NCBI GenBank assembly: GCA_016125405.1
Contig: WGLW01000035.1
Coordinates: forward strand, 5,886-69,885
Length of the DNA stretch: 64,000 bases
Direction of reading: 5' to 3'
DNA from: Alphaproteobacteria bacterium
GTDB lineage: Bacteria; Pseudomonadota; Alphaproteobacteria; Caulobacterales; Hyphomonadaceae
In this document: one piece after another, positions 50,129 through 59,288 of the stretch
How the letters are laid out: the number at the start of each line of letters is the position of its first letter
Position numbering within the stretch: the stretch's first letter is position 1
Program-made: the position numbers and the translations under genes
The notes under the pieces: generated by a model
Database searches by the model: none
What the model saw: only the letters and a program-made list of their open reading frames with translations
Told to the model about the DNA's origin: nothing

Positions 50129-50560
50129 ATGGCTCTCTACGAACACGTGGTCGTAACCCGGCCCGATATTTCTCCCCAGCAGGTCGACGCGCTGGTGGAA
50201 GACATCACCCGCATTGTCGCCGAGAAGAACGGCAAGGTCGGCCGCACCGAATACTGGGGCCTGCGCAACCTCGCCTATCCGATCAAGAAGTCGCGCAAGG
50301 CGCACTATTCCCTGATCAACATCGACGCTCCGGGCGATGCGATCCACGAGGTCGAGCGCCGTCACCGGATCAACGAGGACGTGCTGCGCTTCCTGACCGT
50401 GAAGGTCGAGGAATTCACCGACGAGCCTTCCCCGGTCATCGCCCGCAAGGATCGCGACGACCGTGGCGGCAAGCGCCGGGACCGCGATGAAGGCGGCTTC
50501 GGCGGCGGTCGCGACGACCGCGGTCCGCGCGGTGGTTTCGGCGGCGGCCGCGACCGCTAG
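50129..50560 (+). CDS. rpsF: 30S ribosomal protein S6
   Basis: MALYEHVVVTRPD...EYWGLRNLAYPIKK; Arg/Gly/Asp-rich C-terminal tail. Confidence 0.96.
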   Translation: MALYEHVVVTRPDISPQQVDALVEDITRIVAEKNGKVGRTEYWGLRNLAYPIKKSRKAHYSLINIDAPGDAIHEVERRHRINEDVLRFLTVKVEEFTDEPSPVIARKDRDDRGGKRRDRDEGGFGGGRDDRGPRGGFGGGRDR

Positions 50561-50572
50561 GAGGACAGACAC

Positions 50573-50833
50573 ATGGCTCAACAGAAGATCAATATCGCCA
50601 ACCTGCCCTCGCGCCGTCCGTTCGGTCGCCGCAGGAAGGTTTGCCCGTTCTCCGGCGCCAACGCTCCGGCGATCGACTACAAGGACGTCAAGCTTCTCCA
50701 GCGCTACATCTCGGAGAAGGGCAAGATCGTCCCCGCGCGGATCACAGCCGTGTCGGCGAAGAAGCAACGCCTGCTTAGCCAGGCCATCAAGCGCGCGCGG
50801 CACCTGTCGCTGCTGCCCTACATCGTAGCCTAG
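50573..50833 (+). CDS. rpsR: 30S ribosomal protein S18
   Basis: RRKVCPF...[24 protein letters not shown]. Confidence 0.96.
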   Translation: MAQQKINIANLPSRRPFGRRRKVCPFSGANAPAIDYKDVKLLQRYISEKGKIVPARITAVSAKKQRLLSQAIKRARHLSLLPYIVA

Positions 50834-50845
50834 GAGGACATCACA

Positions 50846-51433
50846 ATGGACGTCATCCTCCTTGAACGCGTCGAGAGCCTCGGCTCCATCGGCGACGTGG
50901 TGAAGGTCAAGAACGGCTTTGCCCGCAATTACCTTCTGCCGCAGCACAAGGCCCTGCTCGCCACCGACGCCAACAAGCAGCGCTTCGAGCGCGAGCGTGC
51001 GGCGATCGAGGCGCGCAACGAGAAGGCCCGGGAAGCGGCAAGCACAGAAGCCTCGGCCATCGAGGGCGCGGTCTACATCCTGATCCGTCAGGCTGGCGAA
51101 ACCGGCCAGCTCTATGGCTCGGTTTCGGCTCGCGACATCGCGGAAGCCGCCACCGAAGCCGGCCACCCAGTCGAGCGTCGCCACGTGCAGCTCAACAACC
51201 CGATCAAGATCATCGGGATGCACGAGGTCTCGATCCGGCTGCACCCTGAAGTGACGGTCAAGATCCAGCTCAACGTCGCCCGCTCGCCGGACGAAGCCGA
51301 GCGTCAGGCCCGGGGCGAGAACGTGATCGAGGCGGGTCTCGCCGCCGATCGCGCCCAGGCCGACGAACAGGCCCAGGAACTCGCAGCGGCCGCCGCGGCT
51401 GCGAACGCCGAGCGTGGCCCTGCGGACGAATAG
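50846..51433 (+). CDS. rplI: 50S ribosomal protein L9
   Basis: [32 protein letters not shown]; extended acidic/Ala C-terminus. Confidence 0.96.
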   Translation: MDVILLERVESLGSIGDVVKVKNGFARNYLLPQHKALLATDANKQRFERERAAIEARNEKAREAASTEASAIEGAVYILIRQAGETGQLYGSVSARDIAEAATEAGHPVERRHVQLNNPIKIIGMHEVSIRLHPEVTVKIQLNVARSPDEAERQARGENVIEAGLAADRAQADEQAQELAAAAAAANAERGPADE

Positions 51434-51454
51434 TCCGGCCAGGATTCGAGAACG

Positions 51455-51492
51455 AAAAAGAGGGGAGGTCCAAAAGGACCTCCCCTTTTTCT
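51455..51492. terminator. bidirectional rho-independent terminator (rplI / sulP)
   Basis: aaaaagaggggaggtcc-aaaa-ggacctcccctttttct: a GC-rich stem flanked by an A-run and a T-run, between convergent genes. Confidence 0.85.
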
Positions 51493-51541
51493 ACGTCGCG
51501 TGGAGGCAGCAGCTTCCTGTTCCTGCAGCCTGCCGGTCCGC

Positions 51542-53269
51542 TCAGGACGCAACCGCGCCCCGCCGCAACTTCACGTCCTCGCGCGCCTCCGCGATCGATT
51601 TTTCGTACTGCACCAGCGGCGGTTTGAGGCCATGTACGACCAGGTCCCGCCGGACAGTCTGCGACGTTCCGGAAAGATGAACCTCGACGCCCTTGCGGAC
51701 CGCCTTCCTGGCAAGGCCTTCAATTGTGTGCGCCGCCGTGGAGTCAATGAAGGGAACGGCGGAAAAGTCGATGATCAGGACACGGTGGTGATCCGATATC
51801 TGTTCCACAACCGATCCGATCGAGGCGGCGGCGCCGAAGAAGAACGCGCCGGATATCCGGTAGATCACGGTCTCGGAATCGCGTGCAGCGGTTTCGTCAT
51901 AGGGCGTCCGGTCGGCCCCTTTCTGATCGGCCTGGTCCTCGACGACGAGCGGCGCATCGGTTTCAACTGCGGTGGTTTGCGACATCCGGTGAATGAACAA
52001 CACCGAACCGAGGGCGAACCCGACAATGATCGCCTCCGTCAGGTCGCGGAATATGGTGAGCCCCAGCGTCGCGAGGAGAACGGCCGCATCGCCGCGCGAG
52101 GCGCGCACCAGTGTGGCGATGGCCTCTTTCTCCACCATGTTCCAGGCGACGACCGCCAGCACGCCGGCAAGGCTGGCCAGCGGAATGTAGGAAGCCAGCG
52201 GCGCCGCCACGAGGATGAATGCGAGCAAGAAAACCGAATGCAACATCCCGGCGATCGGGCCGTGCGCGCCAGCCCGAACATTCGTCGCGGTACGGGCAAT
52301 TGTTCCGGTTACGCAAACGCCGCCGACTAGCGCCGAACCAATATTGGCGACGCCCTGCGCAACGAGTTCGCAGTTGGACCGGTGCCGCCGGCCGGTCATC
52401 CCATCGGCCACAACCGCCGACAACAGAGATTCGATGGCCCCGAGAAGCGTGAACGAGATCGCATTCGGCAGCACCGCCTCGACCCGCGCAAAGCTGATCG
52501 GGGGCAGACTCGGAAGCGGGACGGAGCTGGCGATGCCGCCGAATACCGTGCCGATGGTTGGAACATGCAGGTTCAGAAAAACCGCGGCGACGGATGCTCC
52601 GGCGACTGCGATCAACATTCCGGGCCAGTTTGGCCTTACACGCCGCAACCCCAGAATGATCGCAATCGTCACTACAGAGAGGACAAGCGTGTACGGCTTG
52701 AAGGTCGGCAGGGCGGCCCAGATCACCGGTAGCTTTGCGAGCAACGGGCCAGGTTCGGGGCCTTGCAGAGTCAGGCCAAGAAGATCCTTGATCTGACTCG
52801 CAAAGATGATGACTGCAATTCCCGAGGTGAAGCCGACGGTCACCGGGTAGGGAATGAATTTGACGTAGGTGCCCAACCTCAGAAAGCCCACGGCGGCCAG
52901 CATCACTCCCGACATCAGGACAGCCAGCAGGAGCCCGTCCATTCCGTGCGTGTGCACGGTCGTGGCGACCAGCACGATAAACGCTCCGGCCGGCCCTCCG
53001 ATCTGGAAACGGCTGCCGCCGAGCGCGGATACAAAGAATCCGCCAACTATAGCGGTCAGCAGGCCCTGCCCAGGAGTGGCGCCAGAAGCGATGGCAATCG
53101 CCATGGACAGTGGCAACGCCACAATGGCGACCGTCAGCCCAGCCATCGCATCCGTGCGCAGGTTGGAAAGACTGTATCCCTCCCGCAGCACCGTCACCAG
53201 TTTGGGAGTGAAGAGCTCCACAAAACTTGGGCCCGCCTGCCGGCGTTCGACAAACGACTGGATCGCCAT
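51542..53269 (-). CDS. SulP-family inorganic anion transporter with C-terminal STAS domain
   Basis: Multi-TM SulP core (AGLTVAIVALPLSMAIAIASG; GGSRFQIGGPAGAF) and a STAS-like C-terminus. Confidence 0.9.
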   Translation of the reverse strand: MAIQSFVERRQAGPSFVELFTPKLVTVLREGYSLSNLRTDAMAGLTVAIVALPLSMAIAIASGATPGQGLLTAIVGGFFVSALGGSRFQIGGPAGAFIVLVATTVHTHGMDGLLLAVLMSGVMLAAVGFLRLGTYVKFIPYPVTVGFTSGIAVIIFASQIKDLLGLTLQGPEPGPLLAKLPVIWAALPTFKPYTLVLSVVTIAIILGLRRVRPNWPGMLIAVAGASVAAVFLNLHVPTIGTVFGGIASSVPLPSLPPISFARVEAVLPNAISFTLLGAIESLLSAVVADGMTGRRHRSNCELVAQGVANIGSALVGGVCVTGTIARTATNVRAGAHGPIAGMLHSVFLLAFILVAAPLASYIPLASLAGVLAVVAWNMVEKEAIATLVRASRGDAAVLLATLGLTIFRDLTEAIIVGFALGSVLFIHRMSQTTAVETDAPLVVEDQADQKGADRTPYDETAARDSETVIYRISGAFFFGAAASIGSVVEQISDHHRVLIIDFSAVPFIDSTAAHTIEGLARKAVRKGVEVHLSGTSQTVRRDLVVHGLKPPLVQYEKSIAEAREDVKLRRGAVAS

Positions 53270-53481
53270 GATTTCTGGCCTAATTCGGAGCGCAATAGCT
53301 CCCCATGAACGAATAATATCCCAGCTGCGACTTGAGCTGGCTCAAATCAGACAAAATCCCCTTCCCCACGTAAGACACCGTCAGACAGACGATGTACAGC
53401 GATCCACCCTTTTCGAGCGTCTAGAAGTTGAGCTTCGCGGCGAATTGCGGCTCGATTTGTGATGGCCACAACTAGTGACTT

Positions 53482-53499
53482 CATTGATTGCATACAATG
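53482..53499. promoter_or_regulatory. imperfect 18-bp palindrome upstream of the HupE/UreJ-like gene (candidate operator)
   Basis: cattgattgcatacaatg: 7 of 9 positions are self-complementary. It overlaps a TACAAT hexamer and lies 46 nt upstream of ATG 53545, in the most AT-rich spacer of the window. Confidence 0.25.
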
Positions 53500-53544
53500 T
53501 CCGGCTGACCTACGCTCCGCATGGGACAGCCGCAACGAGCCATC

Positions 53545-54234
53545 ATGAAATTTCTTCGTCTGACGCTCCCGGTAGCGGCGGCCACGATTTTGGCGGCGCC
53601 AGCGTTCGCGCATGCGATCGGGGGCAAGGACGCGGCATTTGTCGCCGCCACGACCGGGCCGGACCCGTTCCCGTTCCTCTATCTCGGCGCCAAACACATG
53701 GTGACGGGATACGACCACCTGCTCTTCCTCGCCGGCGTCGTCTTCTTTCTCTACCGGCTCAAGGACGTCCTGCTCTACGTCTCGCTGTTTTCGCTCGGGC
53801 ACTCGACGACCCTGCTGCTCGGTGTGCTGTTCAACTGGCAGGTTTCCTCGCATCTGGTTGATGCGGTGATCGGCCTTTCCGTCTGCTACAAGGCGTTTGA
53901 AAACCTGGGGGGCTTCCGCCGGCTGGGTTTCGAACCCGATACGCGGATCGCAGTCGGCGCCTTCGGTCTGGTTCACGGGCTTGGCCTCGCCACCAAGCTT
54001 CAGGCGCTGCACCTCCAGCCCAACGGCCTGATCGTAAATCTGGTCTCGTTCAACGTAGGCGTGGAAATTGGCCAGCTCATCGCGCTGAGCGTCATTCTGG
54101 GCCTCATCACGCTGTGGCGCTTGTCGCCCACGTTCAACCGCTTCGCCCTGACGACCAACGCGCTGATCCTGCTCGCGGGTGTCGTGCTGACAGGCGAACA
54201 GATAGCTGGTTATGTCTTTTCGGGAGGCGCCTGA
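53545..54234 (+). CDS. HupE/UreJ_2-family membrane protein (putative metal transporter)
   Basis: Signal peptide ending AFA|HAIGG (the mature N-terminus would be His); GYDHLLFL, SLGHSTTLLLG, GLVHGLGLA and FNVGVEIGQ motifs. The ORF track starts at 53521. Confidence 0.75.
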   Translation: MKFLRLTLPVAAATILAAPAFAHAIGGKDAAFVAATTGPDPFPFLYLGAKHMVTGYDHLLFLAGVVFFLYRLKDVLLYVSLFSLGHSTTLLLGVLFNWQVSSHLVDAVIGLSVCYKAFENLGGFRRLGFEPDTRIAVGAFGLVHGLGLATKLQALHLQPNGLIVNLVSFNVGVEIGQLIALSVILGLITLWRLSPTFNRFALTTNALILLAGVVLTGEQIAGYVFSGGA

Positions 54235-54920
54235 TGTCGGAACACGCTCAACCTCCATCGCAACTGACGGTCACGCCGCGAACACTGATCGGCGTCACGC
54301 TCGGCGCCGTGGTGATCGGCGCATTGATCGTCCTTGGCGCCATCCTGCCTGCTGAATTCCACAGCGACCCACTTGGGATCGGCAAGCTCACCGGCATCGC
54401 CCGTATCTGGTCGCCGCCCGAGAAAAAATTCGACGTCAACAGTGGCTCTGCGCCTCTGGCCCGCGAGTACGCGACGCCCTTCCGGTCCGACGAAATCGAA
54501 ATTCCGCTCACCGGGTTTCTCGGCGGCGCGAACGGATCGGAGCTGGAATACAAGTTCCGCATGAAGGAAGGCGCGACTCTGATCTATGCATGGGAAGCCA
54601 CCGGCGCCGAACGTCCCAAGGATCTTAGCTACGACTTTCACGGCCACACGACGCCCGCCGCCGGATCAAAGGACCTGATGCAGGTCGCCACGTACAAGCA
54701 ATCCTACGGCCTCAAGCAGCAGGGCGCGCTGACTGCGCCGTTCGACGGCATTCAGGGCTGGCAGTTTTCCAATGGCGGCGACACCGACGTCGTCATCCAC
54801 CTGAAGGTCAGCGGATTCTACGAACTCATTCCGCCGGGCGAGACCGGCAATGAGGCCGGCATCATCGCCAACGTGCCGGCCAACCAGGCCCGCCCAGGCT
54901 ACAAACGCCCCGATCACTGA
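54234..54920 (+). CDS. single-pass membrane-anchored protein of unknown function, translationally coupled to the HupE/UreJ-like gene
   Basis: ATG 54234 overlaps the upstream TGA (TGATG). One TM helix (LIGVTLGAVVIGALIVLGAIL), then a beta-rich soluble domain with a DFHGHT cluster. No family recognised. Confidence 0.6.
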   Translation: MSEHAQPPSQLTVTPRTLIGVTLGAVVIGALIVLGAILPAEFHSDPLGIGKLTGIARIWSPPEKKFDVNSGSAPLAREYATPFRSDEIEIPLTGFLGGANGSELEYKFRMKEGATLIYAWEATGAERPKDLSYDFHGHTTPAAGSKDLMQVATYKQSYGLKQQGALTAPFDGIQGWQFSNGGDTDVVIHLKVSGFYELIPPGETGNEAGIIANVPANQARPGYKRPDH

Positions 54921-54924
54921 TCGA

Positions 54925-54968
54925 CAATTTCAGCGCTTGCACGCAGCTGTCTGAAATTGCGCGGTTTT
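54925..54968 (+). terminator. candidate intrinsic terminator after the two-gene HupE-like module
   Basis: caatttcag / ctgaaattg forms a 9-bp stem with a 17-nt loop, followed by gcggtttt. Confidence 0.35.
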
Positions 54969-55092
54969 CTAGCTCCACCCGTTGGGTGCAGTCGGGCCTG
55001 CTATTCTTTCGCCATACACAGCGGCAAGCTTCCCGTGAGTATCTTGGAATCAAGTCGCGATTCGTTTTTTCCGCCGGGCTACCAACATCTCC

Positions 55093-56565
55093 ATGCCGAA
55101 AGATCACGATCTCTCGCCGCCAGCGGCGCCGCCTCACAACCTCGCCGCCGAAATGGGCGTGCTTGGCGCAATTCTGTTCGACAACAACGCGCACCAGCGC
55201 GTCTCGGACATTCTGAAGCCCGGCGATTTCTGCAACCCCGCCAACCAGGCAATTTATACAGTCATCGACCGGATGATCTCCGGAGGACGGGTCGCCGACG
55301 GCGTGACGCTGCGCGAACATTTCGAGCGCGACGGCCAGCTGGCTGACATTGGCGGCGCGCGCTACCTCGCCGATCTACTCGACTCCGCTGCGTTCGGCCC
55401 CGAGATCGTCGACTATGCCCGCCTCGTCCACGACCTCGCCCTGCGGCGGGAGCTGATCCAGATCGGCTCGGAAATGGTGCAGAAGGCCACCCAGCCCGAC
55501 CTGGAAGAACCGGGCGAGATGCAGATCCAGGATGCGGAGAAGAAGCTGTTCAGCCTTGCCGAGCGCGGCGCGGGCATGCAGGGCTTCCAGACCTTCAACA
55601 CGGCGCTTGCCGGCTCGATCGAAATGGCGACCAACGCCTTCAAGCGCGAAGGCAAGATCGCCGGTGTCGCAACCGGCCTCGCCGAACTCGACCGCAAACT
55701 CGGCGGCCTGCACAAGTCCGACCTGGTCATACTCGCCGCCCGCCCCTCAATGGGAAAAACGGCGCTGGCCGTGAACATCGCCTACAGCGCCGCCAAGCAT
55801 TGCAAGCGCTCGGTCGGACCCACCGGCGCGATGCGCACCGACAACGGCGCCGTCGTCGGCTTTTTCTCGCTCGAGATGTCCGCGGATCAGCTGGCGACGC
55901 GGGTTCTCGCCGACATTTCCGGCGTACCCTCGGACCTGATCCGCCGCGGCGAACTCAAACCGCGCGACTATGAAAGCATCCGCGAGGCGGCCCGCGAGAT
56001 GGAGGGCCTGCCGCTCTACATCGACGACATGGGCGGCATCTCGATCTCCCAACTCGCGGCGCGCGCCCGCCGCCTGCAGCGCACGCACGGCCTCGACCTG
56101 CTGATCATCGACTATCTCCAGCTCATCACGACATCCGGCGGCGGTCGAAACGACAACCGCGTGCAGGAGGTCACGATGATCACCAAGTCGCTGAAGGCGC
56201 TGGCCAAGGAACTCCAGATTCCGATCGTCGCCCTGTCGCAGCTGTCCCGGCAGGTGGAAAACCGCGACGACAAGCGTCCACAGTTGTCCGACCTTCGCGA
56301 GTCCGGCTCCATCGAGCAGGACGCCGACGTGGTCATGTTCATTTACCGGGAGGCCTACTATCTGGAGCGTCAGGAACCCGGCGAGGATGATCCCAAGCAC
56401 GCCGAATGGCAGGACCAGATGAACGCCAAGCTGCGACTGGCCGAAATCATCGTCTCGAAACAGCGTCACGGCCCCATCGGCAAGATCGAGGTCGGCTTCG
56501 ACGCCAACCGTGTGCGCTTCTTCGATCGGGTGCAGGCCGGCTATATCGATGACGATCGCCGCTAG
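55093..56565 (+). CDS. dnaB: replicative DNA helicase
   Basis: NLAAEMGVLGAILFDN N-domain; Walker A ARPSMGKTA; FFSLEMS; no intein. Confidence 0.96.
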   Translation: MPKDHDLSPPAAPPHNLAAEMGVLGAILFDNNAHQRVSDILKPGDFCNPANQAIYTVIDRMISGGRVADGVTLREHFERDGQLADIGGARYLADLLDSAAFGPEIVDYARLVHDLALRRELIQIGSEMVQKATQPDLEEPGEMQIQDAEKKLFSLAERGAGMQGFQTFNTALAGSIEMATNAFKREGKIAGVATGLAELDRKLGGLHKSDLVILAARPSMGKTALAVNIAYSAAKHCKRSVGPTGAMRTDNGAVVGFFSLEMSADQLATRVLADISGVPSDLIRRGELKPRDYESIREAAREMEGLPLYIDDMGGISISQLAARARRLQRTHGLDLLIIDYLQLITTSGGGRNDNRVQEVTMITKSLKALAKELQIPIVALSQLSRQVENRDDKRPQLSDLRESGSIEQDADVVMFIYREAYYLERQEPGEDDPKHAEWQDQMNAKLRLAEIIVSKQRHGPIGKIEVGFDANRVRFFDRVQAGYIDDDRR

Positions 56566-56577
56566 AGAGCCGCATCG

Positions 56578-57633
56578 GTGACCGGACCACGCGTGACAGT
56601 CGATCTCGGCGCGCTGGTCGCGAACTGGCGCATGCTGTCCAGGCGCGCCGCGCCTGCCAAGGCGGCCGCCGTGGTCAAGGCTGACGCCTACGGCCTCGGC
56701 GCCGAGCCGGTGGTGAAAGCGCTGGCGAAGGCCGGGTGCCGCCGCTTCTATGTCGCCTGGGCGAAGGAAGGCGCCGAAATCCGCAGTGTGCTGGGGCCGG
56801 AACCGTCTATCGCCGTCTTCCACGGCCCCTCGGCTGACGCCCTGCCGGTGTTCAGGGACGCGTCGCTTGAGCCCGTGCTCAACACGCCCGAACAGATCGG
56901 CCTCTGGATTTTCGCCGGCGCGGCGCCGGCCTCCATTCACGTCGATACCGGAATGAACCGCCTGGGCCTCGCTGAGACGGACTGGCGGGCGGCGGCAACC
57001 GCCTGGCCGGCGCCCTCGACGCTGGTGAGCCATCTCGCATGCGCCGACGAGCCCGGCGCCCACCCAAAAAACCCGTCCCAGCTCGAAGCCTTCAACCGCG
57101 CCGCCACCTTCTGGCCCAACGCCCCGCGCAGCTTTGCGGCAACCGCCGGCGTCTATCTCGGGCCGGCATATGCGCTGGACGAGGTCCGCCCTGGCATCGG
57201 CCTTTATGGCGGTGGACCGACGCCAGCAGAGGGCCCCGCCCCTCTGCCCGTGGTGACGCTTACCGCCCCGATCCTCCAGATCCGCGAAATCGGCCCGGGC
57301 GAGACGATCGGCTATGGCGCAACCTTCACAGCCCAGGCCCGCCACACCCTCGCCACCGTCGGAATTGGCTATGCCGACGGTTTCTTGCGCGCGGCCTCGA
57401 ATAAGGGTTATGGCGTGGTCCGGGGCGCTCGCCGGCCTGTCCTGGGCCGCGTGTCGATGGACCTCACCGTACTGGATGTGACGGGGCTCGGCGCCCATGT
57501 GGGAGACGAAGTCGAGTTCATGGGACCGAATCTCCCGATAGCGGATCAGGCCGAGGCGATGTCGACAATCGACTATGAACTTCTGACCCGCCTGGGCCGG
57601 CGCTTCCCCCGCAGCTGGGTGGGCGGCGCATGA
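56578..57633 (+). CDS. alr: alanine racemase
   Basis: PLP-lysine motif AVVKADAYGLG; C-terminal beta domain; GTG start. Confidence 0.92.
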   Translation: MTGPRVTVDLGALVANWRMLSRRAAPAKAAAVVKADAYGLGAEPVVKALAKAGCRRFYVAWAKEGAEIRSVLGPEPSIAVFHGPSADALPVFRDASLEPVLNTPEQIGLWIFAGAAPASIHVDTGMNRLGLAETDWRAAATAWPAPSTLVSHLACADEPGAHPKNPSQLEAFNRAATFWPNAPRSFAATAGVYLGPAYALDEVRPGIGLYGGGPTPAEGPAPLPVVTLTAPILQIREIGPGETIGYGATFTAQARHTLATVGIGYADGFLRAASNKGYGVVRGARRPVLGRVSMDLTVLDVTGLGAHVGDEVEFMGPNLPIADQAEAMSTIDYELLTRLGRRFPRSWVGGA

Positions 57634-58451
57634 CCTCATCTGCTCCGTTTGCGGCGGCCAGGGCGCCGCGCGCGAACCCGTTCCAGCTCATCGGCCGCAC
57701 CGTGCTTGCGGCGCTGCGCGAAATCGGCCGGATCGCCGTGTTCTGGGGCCGGGTTCTCCTCGCCTGCGTAACGCCGACGATCTATGTCCGCGAATTCCTT
57801 CGGCAGTGCCTCAAGATTGGCTTCTATTCCATGCCGGTGGTCGGGCTCACCGCCGTGTTCATCGGCGCCGCGCTCGCGCTCAACATCTACACCGGCGGCT
57901 CCCGCTTCAACGCCGAGCAGTTTGTCCCCAACATCGTGGTGCTCGGGATCAGCCGCGAACTCGGCCCCACCCTCGCAGGCCTGATGCTGGCTGGCCGCGT
58001 CAGCGCGGGCATCGCCGCCGAAATCGGCGCCATGCGCGTGACCGAACAGATCGACGCCCTGCTGACGCTGTCGACCAAGCCCGAACGCTATCTCTACGCC
58101 CCACGTGTCCTGGCGGCGATCATCACGCTGCCGATCCTTGTCGTCGTCACTGACATCATCGGCGTGATGGGCGGGTATCTCGTGAGCGTCGGTTCGCTCA
58201 ACTTCAACGGCGACACCTACCTGCGAAACACTTGGCAGTTCGTCACCAACAACGACATCGTCTCGGGGCTCATCAAAGCCGCCGTCTTCGGCGCCATTAT
58301 CGCATTGATGGGGTGTTACCAAGGCGACCGCTCTAAGGGCGGCGCCGGAGGCGTGGGCCGCGCCGCCACGCTCGCCGTGGTCGGCGCGGCGGTTCTGATC
58401 CTCGCCTCCAACTACGTGATGACCTCGATCTTCGTGAGGATCGGGCTGTGA
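57630..58451 (+). CDS. mlaE: MlaE-family ABC transporter permease
   Basis: Permease pattern (REL.PTLAGLMLAGRVSAGIAAEIGAMRVTEQIDAL); ATGA overlap with alr. Confidence 0.9.
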   Translation: MTSSAPFAAARAPRANPFQLIGRTVLAALREIGRIAVFWGRVLLACVTPTIYVREFLRQCLKIGFYSMPVVGLTAVFIGAALALNIYTGGSRFNAEQFVPNIVVLGISRELGPTLAGLMLAGRVSAGIAAEIGAMRVTEQIDALLTLSTKPERYLYAPRVLAAIITLPILVVVTDIIGVMGGYLVSVGSLNFNGDTYLRNTWQFVTNNDIVSGLIKAAVFGAIIALMGCYQGDRSKGGAGGVGRAATLAVVGAAVLILASNYVMTSIFVRIGL

Positions 58452-59239
58452 GCGCGGATACGACATCCGGCCCGCGGTTCGGCGAGACGCCGATCCTCGA
58501 GCTGAAGAACGTCCACAAGGCCTTCGGTCCGAAACAGGTGCTGTGCGGCGTCGACCTGTCCGTCCGCGCCGGCCAGTCGCTGGTCATCATCGGCGGTTCG
58601 GGTACGGGCAAGTCCGTCACGATCAAATGTGCGCTTGGCTTGCTCCGGCCGGACAAGGGCGAGGTCTTCTTCGACGGCCTGCCCGCCACGACCCGCAAGG
58701 CCATGGACGCCCTCCGGCGGCGAACCGGCATGCTGTTTCAGGGCGGCGCACTGTTCGACAGCCTGAGCGTCTGGGAAAATGTCTCTTTCGCCCTGCTCCA
58801 TCGCGACGGCGTCGGCCGCGGCGAAGCGAAGAAGCGCGCCATCGAGGCGCTCGCCAAGGTGCGTCTTGGACCATCAACCGCCGATCTGCGCACGGCCGAA
58901 CTGTCTGGCGGCATGCAGAAACGCGTCGCTCTCGCGCGCGCCATTATCGCCAAACCCGACCTGATTTTCTTCGATGAGCCCACAACCGGCCTCGACCCGA
59001 TCACGGCGGACGCGGTCAACGACCTCATCGTGGCGCAGGTCAAGGCGCTGGGCGCCGCTGCGGTCACCATCACCCACGACATGGCCAGCGTGCGCAAGAT
59101 CGCTGATGAAGTGGCCATGCTCCACGAAGGCCGCATCATCTGGCGCGGGCCGGCAGCCGACATCGACCAGTCCGGCAGCGACTACATCGACCAGTTCGTC
59201 CACGGCCGCGCCGAAGGCCCGATCCAGCCGGCCTTGTAG
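58448..59239 (+). CDS. mlaF: MlaF-like ABC transporter ATP-binding protein
   Basis: Walker A GGSGTGKS; signature LSGGMQKRVALARA; Walker B IFFDEP. Confidence 0.9.
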   Translation: MSADTTSGPRFGETPILELKNVHKAFGPKQVLCGVDLSVRAGQSLVIIGGSGTGKSVTIKCALGLLRPDKGEVFFDGLPATTRKAMDALRRRTGMLFQGGALFDSLSVWENVSFALLHRDGVGRGEAKKRAIEALAKVRLGPSTADLRTAELSGGMQKRVALARAIIAKPDLIFFDEPTTGLDPITADAVNDLIVAQVKALGAAAVTITHDMASVRKIADEVAMLHEGRIIWRGPAADIDQSGSDYIDQFVHGRAEGPIQPAL

Positions 59240-59288
59240 GGCGCCGCAGGTGGGCTAGGCTGGCGTCTCGCCAGCAGGGATCTGCAAC

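Noticed and set aside
55747-57639. 630-aa ORF antisense to dnaB and alr
   Set aside because: A shadow frame opposite two strongly supported genes. It has no recognisable domain and a low-complexity Arg/Gly/Ala composition.
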